Below the pieces are notes generated by a model. It was not told where the DNA came from, did no database searches, and worked only from the letters and a program-made list of their open reading frames with translations. 64,000 nucleotides of DNA. Origin: Trichoplax sp. H2. Lineage: Eukaryota. Position 1 is the stretch's first letter, and each line of letters begins with the position of its first letter. Where the stretch lies: NCBI GenBank assembly GCA_003344405.1, contig NOWV01000197.1, positions 62,001 to 126,000 of the forward strand, written 5' to 3'. This document shows, in pieces, positions 49,712-64,000 of this stretch. The position numbers and the translations under genes are program-made.

Positions 49712-50585
49712 CTGCAAATTCGCAGCGATATCCAATTGAACATAGCAATTTTTATTTATTGCACAAAATACGTACTCTGTCCAAGTGTCGATGGCATGAC
49801 TCTGTCCATCGACTGAGCTTGATTTTAATTCAAGGTAAATCAAAAATATCGCAAAGTCCCTGGCTCTACTATTTGTGATGTAATCTACGCGTCCATATAC
49901 CACAGCTTATGCACTACTAATATGATATTCTAGGTATGCAGTAAATACTACAGTACTGTATACGCCTGGAAAAGTTAAAGTTAGTTCTCTGTATCCTAAA
50001 GTAAAATATCTCAAGTCTTCATCTGGAAACTGCAATCTCGCAGCGATATTACATTGAACATAGCGATTTTTTGCACAAAATACCAACTCTGTCCAAGTAT
50101 CGATGGCATGACTCTGTGTCCATCGACTGAGCTTGATTTTAATTCAAGGTAAATCAAAAATATCGCAAAGCACCCGGCTCTACTATTTGTGATGTACAGT
50201 AATCTACGCGTCCATATACCACAGCTTATGTATTACTAATACGATATTCTAGGTATACAGTAAATACTACAGTACTATTCTGTACTGTATACCCCTGGAC
50301 AAGTTATAGTTAGTTCTCTGTATCCTAAAGTAAAATATCTCAAGTCTTCATCTGGAAACTGCAAACTCGCAGCGATATTACATTGAACATAGCGATTTTT
50401 TGCACAAAATACCAACTCTGTCCAAGTGTCGATGGCATGACTCTTTGTCTATCGACTGAGCTCGATTTTAATTTCAAGGTAAATCAAAAAAATATCGCAA
50501 AGTCCTTCCTACTATTGGTGATGTAATGCACCCAGAGTCTACAGCACGTCTATAGGATAAGTAAAATATCTCAAGTCTTCATCTG
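49712..50585. repeat. Tandem repeat of ~320-330 bp, ~2.6 copies
   Basis: CTGCAAA.TCGCAGCGATAT..CATTGAACATAGC starts at ~49712, ~50030 and ~50359. The third copy carries an internal deletion. Confidence 0.92.
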
Positions 50586-51245
50586 CAAGCAATTCTATAA
50601 GTCAATATTGATTAAATCTATTAATCAACGAGTCCAATATTATAAGCTACACTCGTGTGTCCTAGAGACCCTTCTCTAATCAGGGTTTCAAGGGTGTCCT
50701 ATCATTAATTTCTATTAATTATTAATGAAGTAAACGATGGGAACGGATACGACGTAGATTGGAGAGTGCCAGTATTGTACCCTATTACACTGCATCATAT
50801 TATACTGTACAGTACGGTATGCATTACTGAATTGTACGGTGGATACTGTACCGGATGGGAGCTCTTGAAAGCAGCTAGTTGTACTCTGCAAATTAAGCTT
50901 GCAGCAACGTAAGAATCAGAGTAAGTAATTTATCACGTAACATTATAAGTACAGTGCTATAAGTAATGACTAAACTAAGGTAGAATAGCGGTGCACAATC
51001 GTCTCCATTTCATAGTTTAATTTCCTCCAGAGTTGGAGTTTTTGCATTCATGTTGCTTTCGAAAGAAGTGACTGCATGCACAAACAACTAAATGAATCGC
51101 TGTAGCTAAGGTAACCAATCAGTCTAGAATAAGAAAGCATAAGACCGAAATGCATAGCTCATTATATTTTTAATTATTTCCATTTAGGCTTAGCTCTACG
51201 ATATTGACGTAATGCGCTAGCACAAAAATAATAATAACCAAAATC

Positions 51246-53286
51246 ATGATTCGAAAGATAAAATTGCGAGCAAAGCAGAAACTGGTCGACAAAGCCAATT
51301 CGGTATGGGATAGAAATGCAAATATCAATGACTGCTTGCATTAGTTATCATTTGATGCAATGATAGGCGGAAGTACAAACTAGATTAAGTGCCTAGGCGA
51401 CGGAATCGAAACTGTTGATCTTTGTAATCTGTCTCTGCTTTCGGTAGTTAATTGATAAAAGACACTCAAGTTGCCAGCTTTTCACAAAATATTTTTATGG
51501 TGTCAATCATCTTTTCGAAATTATAACTTGAATCATGGATGAAAAGATAACAATTTTGTTCTTATCCATATTGAAATGGAGATTGTAGATCAGTTGAATG
51601 CATTCCCCGAAGTAAAGTTTTTCTTGAATAATGGGTAATAAGATATTAATATTACAGTTATTATACATACTACTACAAGTTTAGGAAATAAATGCTCTAT
51701 CCAAAAATAATCCACCTAAATTAGAGATCGATAAGCGTATACATCCTGCTAACTTATACGTAATTGTGAGAATGGTTGGACTCATGGTATATCTGAATAA
51801 ATTGCATCTTTTAAACTTTAGATTTCAAGCGTCTATTGAATGCAAGAAAGTACCTGTTATAGACAGTCATGATCTTGAATGGGCCTTTAACTTAACAAAG
51901 CAAAATATGCAATCCATGTAGGTATACAAATTTGTAGTTTTCACTCTCAAAGAGTGACATAAATTTGTGATATAATTTGATTATCATGAATTGTTTATGC
52001 ATACACTTATATTTATACTTAATTGTTAAAATATTGTAAAGGATACTGTTAACTGCAATGATAAAAGGAGTCGTAGATAGCTTAATTCTTCTATGGTATA
52101 ATTCTCGCAATCATGCAGACTTTTATTCATCTTTCGTCTATTTATTACGGATATATGATATGTTTAACATCAAAAATTAGGTACATTACCAGTGAATGGG
52201 GCTGGGATGATAAAGAAAAAAAGGAAGAAATGTTTGACAAGAAAGGATGGTGGGTAATAAACAATAATAAATATGTACTCGTTTAGTAATGGTCTCATTG
52301 TAGCGATTAGTACGTTTTATGCTTGTAAAAGTAGCCATCCATATAATATACCTTGCAAGAGAAATATTGTAGACAGTCGCTACTTTCACCTTGCAGGTAT
52401 CTGATCGCCCGTAATGATCAAAATATTCCAATAGGAATGGTTAGCTTTAGATTTGATATAGAAGAAGGAGATGCTGTCGTTTATTGGTATGTAGTAGTCA
52501 ATATTTTGAAAACTATAATGTATATATATATGTAGATTGCTGTTGGGCACCACTTACTTGTACCTGTATTAAGACTACATTTTTAAAAATTTGCATTGTC
52601 AATTAGCTATGAAATTCAGCTTTCACAAAGTATTAGAGGCAAAGGGTTAGGAAAATATTTAATGAATATTCTGAAATTATTGGGAACTAGGTATGAGGAA
52701 CGCTATAATTGCAATGTGAATTCATTTAAAAGTAATTACCAGGGACGTTAGTAATAACATAGTTGCTTTTACAAGAATGCTTGAATAGCTAAAACATTTA
52801 TTATTAATGTAAATTTTTCTATTTCTACAATGTATAGATCAAAAATGGATAAAGTAATGCTAACCGTATTCAAACGTAAGTACAGTATAATGCTGAACTT
52901 AGCGTTATAAGTTTGAAGATGTCCATCATGAAGTTACTGCAAAATGGTATTATTAATTTAGTACAACATCAATTCTACTGTTGAAATATAGATAATGAGA
53001 GAGCATATCATTTTTTTACCAACGTTGTGGGGTAAGATATGATATTACGTTTAGCAGCTTGAAATTGAGTAAATGCTTTATTCGGAATCATCATGAAAGG
53101 CTACATTTTGCTTAATGTTTCTATACTCATTGCTGAGAGTAGGATGATCAAAGCGTAACACTAGTGCTAATTTTACATTTCCACAGTTTTCAGATTGATG
53201 AAATATCTCCAAGTAGATGCGATCCAGATAACGACGATAACTACTGCTATGAGATATTAAGCATTAACCTTACGGACGCAAAGTGA
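51246..53286 (+). CDS. NAA40: N-alpha-acetyltransferase 40 (NatD, GNAT family); start codon uncertain
   Basis: Exons encode ..LVDKANS / IVDQLNAFPEVKFFLNNG / ..EWAFNLTKQNMQSM / YITSEWGWDDKEKKEEM / YLIARN..SFRFDIEEGDAVVYC / YEIQL..RGKGLGKYLM / KVMLTVFKH / NERAYHFF / FQIDEISPS..CYEILS..* (TGA 53284-53286). These are colinear with NAA40. Confidence 0.92.
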
Positions 53287-53963
53287 CTAAAAGTAAAGTT
53301 ATGAAGAATTTTAACATTTTTAAAATTATCCTACAGTATTTGAATGTATGTATTCATTTTTTAAAGTTGATTGCGTGTAATTAATGCTGTTAAGGAAATT
53401 AAAATTTCGGCATCAGGCGAACACCACGTCGAGGTCTAGTAATTCTTAAGCATGTGTGTTTTGTGTAATTTGTTCAACAGCCGATTAACTCGCCAAAGTA
53501 TTTAGCCACGTGAGTATTATGCAACAGTTAGGGAAAGCTAGCAATTTAGTAAGGTGATCAATCACTGGGATTAAGTATCTTGGTAATTTCCGTTTATTAA
53601 AATTAGCATGACATGGAGTAGCTGGTGATCAACCTTTACCAGCAAATCTATTCAGGAAAGAACCGCTAAATTCTTGAATATACAACATTTTATTCATCTA
53701 GTAATACAGTAGAGATATCAAATGGCTTGGGTATAGGTAACATTCACATGAGCAAACATGCATCAATTTTGCCATTAATTCGTAATAATTTAATAAGAAA
53801 GGAGAACTATAAAAGCATTTTTTCTACAGCTTTTTAAATCGGTGTATAAAGATTGTACAGGTAATTCCATATTTATAACTTAGGCGTGATACAGAATGAT
53901 TTCCAATGACTAAAATTGAACTTTACTAAACTTAGCCTTAATATAAAAGGATGTCTGGGTTAT

Positions 53964-55147
53964 TTAAGCTTCTCCATCTTCTTCGTCGATTTCACGCACA
54001 TATAAAACATTATTACATCTAGAAAATAGATGCAAATACAATATTAAGACAAAAAATCCAAGGTTATCCAGTTGAACCGTATGATAACTCTATATATCGG
54101 CGTAATAACACAAACCTGATCAAAACCTCGCCCAAGTTGCCTGTAAGTGCTCCTTCCACATACTCTTCTGTATTTGCCAACTAAGCATATCGCGTAAATA
54201 TAGATTAATTTACTAAATATCCAATTCAATTTACATTTCTACGTATAACCTTAACTTTTGTTCTAAGAAAATTTAAGTTCACCAAATACCTGTAAATTCA
54301 TGTAATTATCTACAGAAACCAGGAAGCCTTTATAATCCATACCCCATTTCAATTTGACTAGTACTGGCTTGCCAGTAAGACCATTTAAGAAGGGTTTAGG
54401 ATTAATAGGAACGGTCTGCAATCATTCAGAAAATAACCTTGCATCAAGTTCGTCAATCAATACTTTTTTTACTCTTTATCAAAGCATAACCTGTCATCTA
54501 GCAAGCTGACTGATGACTCAAATTCTAAGCATCCAATGATGACACTAATAAAATGTATGACCGCTTTTAGTGTACTGCATGTTATTAGATTCGAAAGCCT
54601 CTTCACTACAAGAGTATAATATTGTAGAGATTGAATTAACTGACATTGCAAATTATGGCCATTGCATAGCAGAACTATACCTTCAACACTGATCTACAGT
54701 TTATACAGCAACAATAAAATAATCTATTTAAATCATAGTGCAGCATCTATCAAGACTCTAGAATCATTTTAGGTAAATTTAAAGAGGTTTTCATCTCCGT
54801 TGCAATGTCATAGAGCCTCATTATTGGAGAAAGCCGACGCAATGTTCTCAATTCAAAGCATCGAAATCATGCTTACTGTGTACGATCGGTGTAGTGCTTA
54901 TACACTACTTAGGCTATGGTACAAAATAGCATAACAAATTGCACAAGAAACGCTGGACAAGGACGCGCGTGCTGAATCGAAATTTGCAAACCTTGAACGC
55001 GTATTAGCATTCCATTTTTGAACTATTTTACCATTTCGATTACAATTATTTTACATTTAGACAATTTAAGAACGATTTATATATATCATACGGTAAATAC
55101 ATCAATTAAAAGCAAAAGGAAACGGCTTGCAAATGACTTACCGCCAT
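53964..55147 (-). CDS. SNRPF: Small nuclear ribonucleoprotein F (SmF), 4 exons
   Basis: Exons 55147-55142 (MA, donor GTAAGT), 54415-54290 ([42 protein letters not shown]), 54180-54116 ([22 protein letters not shown]) and 54018-53964 ([17 protein letters not shown]). Confidence 0.96.
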
Positions 55148-56876
55148 GAGGAATCTCCAGACTGTATAGTAGTAGAGTGCTTAAAAAAAAACGCTGCTTT
55201 ACCACAGTACAATCTAGGGACTAACCGTACAGTACAGTACTGTACACTGCATACTGTACACAGCATACTGTACTGTACACGGTATCCTACTGTACAGTAC
55301 AGTACTGTACACTGTACTGTACAGTACACGGAAGTGTACAATATACTGTAGTACTGTACACTAAGTACTGTATGCACAGAACTAGAAGGAGACCCGGGAC
55401 TGGATTGATCACCCCCTCAGACAGACGGACTTTCTGACCAAATGATGCTGTCAATATCGAAAAGTGGTTGCTTAGTATGGAGCTTTCGTGTCTATTTTCG
55501 AAATCACTGGTACTAATTTAAATAACATCTGCGATCTTATATAACTGTTTCCAAGCTGAGATTAGTAATAGATAATAAAATTCAATGCAATATTACTTCA
55601 TTTAGAAAAAAATCAGTCAATTGAAAATCGATTGTCCTCATACTAAAGTAATGTCATGATGAGGTGTTTGGCACAATATTTTAACGAGATGCAAACGTGT
55701 CTGTCCGTCCAAGAGTGATTCGAGTAGTACAGTATTATGTACACTGTACACTGTACAGTACTGTAACTGTAACGTTCAACACGCGTCAGACTGGTACAAA
55801 CGTACGCCACAGTATAGTACAATGGTTTAGTAGTACAGTATACTGTATTACAAAAGCATTTACTGTTCCATACTGTACTGTAGTGTAGTGGGCTGTATTC
55901 CGAGACGGTAGTGACTCATACACTGCATCTGAGAAGAGCTCTTCTTCAGACTGGATGCTTCTGTGCAAAAATAATGTCCCCTATGTTTGTCCTAGCATGA
56001 GGAAATTTTATCCTGTACTGAGTCAGTCTGCTTTCTTGACTTTATCGACATCACTTGAATGCAGTGGGTATAGTAACAATTCAATTGCTACAGGTGACAT
56101 CAGTTTCTATCACAGTCGATGCCAACAAGATAGAATGAATCAAGAAAGCAATGGGTTAACCATTTTCCTCCTGCAGGCCAGTAGACACGACCATCTTAAC
56201 TGAATACAGTAATATGCATTTTAGATGCCTGCTATGCGTTGCACAGTGCGGATGTTGGCTGAAGTCTAATCAGTGCATTCGTGCTTTGAAAGATTCGATA
56301 ACGCTAGTACACCATCATTGCTCGCTGCACAGCTGAAGCGGATCAAAGCAGTATCTTTAGGTTTCTTAGGAAATGACTGCAGCTCACAATGCTTTTAGAC
56401 TTCTATTACAGTATGATAGACTAAGGTGTTGTTGTACTATTCTACCAAAGTGTTTACCAATATTGATTTGCCTTCGATGCTCCTGCAGTCGTCGTGCATC
56501 ATTACGATTAATCGGTTTGCTAACCAACCGAGGTGTTGGGGATTTGCAATGATAGAATGACAAATTCTGCACGTACAATATAGTACTTATACAGTATATT
56601 GACATCCTGTCTTTCGTACTGTACTCTGCACCACAGTACACTACTCAATTCAATTTCAGGGTGTTATAAAGCGATCAAAAGCAAAAATAGCCTTGTTGAA
56701 AGTACAGAATATATCAACACTTTCACCATAGTCTTGAGTAACAAGGTACAGTAGACTATCCCATGCCATACTTAATGAGCCCATAGCGATCTATAGAGCT
56801 GCCGACGGATAAATCGTTCAACGAGCAAAATAGTCACATGTCCTCTTCGGAAGAAAACAATTGGTCGACTGGATCC

Positions 56877-56884
56877 TTTAAATA
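56877..56884 (+). promoter_or_regulatory. TATA-like box upstream of the candidate telomerase RNA
   Basis: TTTAAATA lies ~26-33 nt upstream of the 5' strand of P1 (56910), consistent with a Pol II core promoter spacing. Confidence 0.5.
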
Positions 56885-56904
56885 GGGTGACTACGACGAC
56901 GACC

Positions 56905-57314
56905 AAGTTGGTCTTCCACTGCTGCCGGTGGAACTTGCAAACTTATCATCAGGATGCAGAGTTGCTCTGGCAGCTCCTAACCCTAACATTAGCAGGGTTA
57001 GCCAATTCTGGTTTGTGTTTTTTTAAGCTAGTTTTTGTCACATTAAATACATAAAACTAGTGAGGAAAGACCGTCGTCGATGTGCTGGCTTGAAGCGGTT
57101 TTGCAAGCGCTTGGTCGATCGATTTCAAGTTATACGAGGCTAATCAGCGTACAACAAGTTCCGTAAGCAATCTTCTGATCGACTTACACGTTCTTGTTAA
57201 GGAGTTCGCTCCGACTATGATTGCTGATTAGCTGGAAGGTTGCGAGCCGTTCAGCACGTTGCGAGATAATAACTGGAGGCATTGCGTTTGGCTTAGCTTT
57301 TGGAGTCTACAAAG
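56905..57314 (+). ncRNA. TERC: Candidate telomerase RNA (template-pseudoknot, CR4/5 and box H/ACA domains)
   Basis: Template CTAACCCTAAC 56977-56987; adjacent hairpin 56959-56976; pseudoknot 57014-57060; P1 56910-56917/57064-57072; P4 57078-57088/57251-57261; P5 57139-57148/57223-57232 (10 perfect bp); P6 57153-57198; P6.1 GGAG-TTCG-CTCC 57201-57212; box H AGATAA 57264-57269; ACA 57309-57311. No ORF. Transcript ends are inferred. Confidence 0.88.
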
Positions 57315-58508
57315 TTGAGCAGCAATGATGTCTTCCAACAAACCAAATTATTAGCTGTAACTTTGCTGAATTGTAGTTGCTACTCTTTCATGCAGTAGCA
57401 ATGTCAATCCAGGGATTGACTACAAGGACGAATGGGCCAAGATCTTTTTCATTTAGTAAGTTTGTTTGCTTCTGTGGTTGTGTTGTTAATTCTTTGCACC
57501 CAAGTATTTAGCATGGATTAATGATTGACTATTAATCGTGAACTGTTTCTGTTCTAGAGGAGTGCCTAGTTTGCAATCAACATGCTGCATAATGGTTAAT
57601 ACTGGATAGAACAAGTCAAAAATTTCTTCCGGACAAGTAATGGAATAAAATTACTACTGCCATGTGTAAATTTAAAAAATATGCGTCTTTCGATAAACGC
57701 TCGATTTATGCCACTGAGTTGAATTTGTATGTCTATAACGTTTTCTCTTTAGTAGTACCTGTCTATAATGTCAGGACTAAAGACTTTCCCATTGGAATAG
57801 ATCGATACTCGGCGATCCCCTTCGATCCGATTGGAATAGTAACTGATGAGGTTTTATAATATTTTTGCAGTATCAGCTTTGTTTTACGTTAGAAAAATTG
57901 ATAATGTGTAACGGTTGGAAGGTGATCAATTGACAGGGATTTTGCATGCATTCAGTGTAGCAATACTGAAATTTACAGTTCATTCACTGTGTAAAATTCC
58001 ATAATGCGATCTAGCAAAGAGCTAAATAGTTCTATGCAATGATTAAATTTGTAAAGTATCCTTAGTTTAACCTTTGCTAGACGACAGACTACTGTACATT
58101 GTACAAGCGCAAAAACGATCGCCTTAGGTTTTATTATTTTGCCATCGAAACAAGGTGGTTTAGTATTTCTCATGTCGAAATTTATAACAAGCAGTATTTA
58201 GTGCATAACCATCAAAGAGCTGGACATTATGGTTTCTGCGTGGTAATGAGCAGTCAGAGACTGCACGAAAAAAATGAGGTATGCAGCAGAGTATGACTGT
58301 CACGGGCTCCCATTTCATATTCTGGTATGTAGTGGCAGTAATGGGAAGAACTGCAACAGCTTTTATTATATTTCAAAAGTGCCTGTTTACGGTTCCGTTA
58401 ACAAACGTACACTATGTACAATAATGCACCATGGATGGACCTGTTAAAATCTTTTTTATTTGCAAATAAAAATTTAGCCTTCAGAAATAACTTAATTGAA
58501 AATATCTA

Positions 58509-63618
<5,110 letters not shown>

Positions 63619-64000
63619 CTATCATTAATGTATAAGCCATCTAACATTTATACTATGTAGAAATTTCCGATATTACGCTAAAAGCGAATTTATTGGATCC
63701 TTGAATTACGGATCCATTGCAACAAGGTTAATAAGCTACGAGTTATCAGAAGGAAAAGCGCATCAATTTCAATTTGTGCTTTATTATGACTAAATGACTT
63801 GAAGATATGGTTGGAATTAGCACAATTTATAATATTGAGTGAGCGGTTAGCCACGTAAAGGAATGCTATTTCCGCTATGTTATATCCTGTATCTTGGGAG
63901 ATCGTACCCGACGCGACAATAGTTGTCCATGATGTTCTACAGTATGTAAACTGTACCATGAGTAGCTACGAGTGCATTTCCACGATTACAGCTTAATCTC

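Noticed and set aside
53605..53660. SECIS-like hairpin after the NAA40 TGA (ATGA..GCTGGT/ACCAGC)
   Set aside because: ATGA is not adjacent to the helix, there is no proper GA quartet partner, and the NAA40 protein is complete at the TGA.
55655..55720. C/D snoRNA (box C-like ATGATGA at ~55656)
   Set aside because: No suitably placed CTGA box D or terminal stem was found.
56976..57001. Interstitial telomeric repeat as the explanation for CCTAACCCTAAC
   Set aside because: Only two units are present, and they sit within correctly ordered pseudoknot, CR4/5 and H/ACA elements, which fits a telomerase RNA template much better.

Overview
AT-rich eukaryotic (animal) genomic DNA with compact, intron-dense genes and short GT-AG introns. 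The style suggests an early-branching metazoan such as a placozoan; this is an inference, not proven. Recognisable spliced genes: MARK/PAR-1 kinase (-), WDR25 (+), a divergent pair of paralogous CD20/MS4A-like four-TM genes, adenylosuccinate synthetase (-), NAA40 (+), SmF/SNRPF (-) and the 3' part of mitochondrial-type isoleucyl-tRNA synthetase (-). There are also two regions of decayed LRR-like sequence, several tandem repeats, a duplication flanking an N gap, and CAGTA/GTAC-rich patches near gene 5' ends. The standout is an ORF-free, structured ~410-nt segment at ~56905-57314 (+) between SNRPF and IARS2. It has, in the correct order, the hallmark domains of an animal telomerase RNA: a TATA-like box, P1, a template-adjacent hairpin, the template CTAACCCTAAC, a U-rich/A-rich pseudoknot, a P4-P5-P6-P6.1 CR4/5 junction, box H and box ACA. 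All exon boundaries and base-pairings were read by eye and may be off by a few nt.
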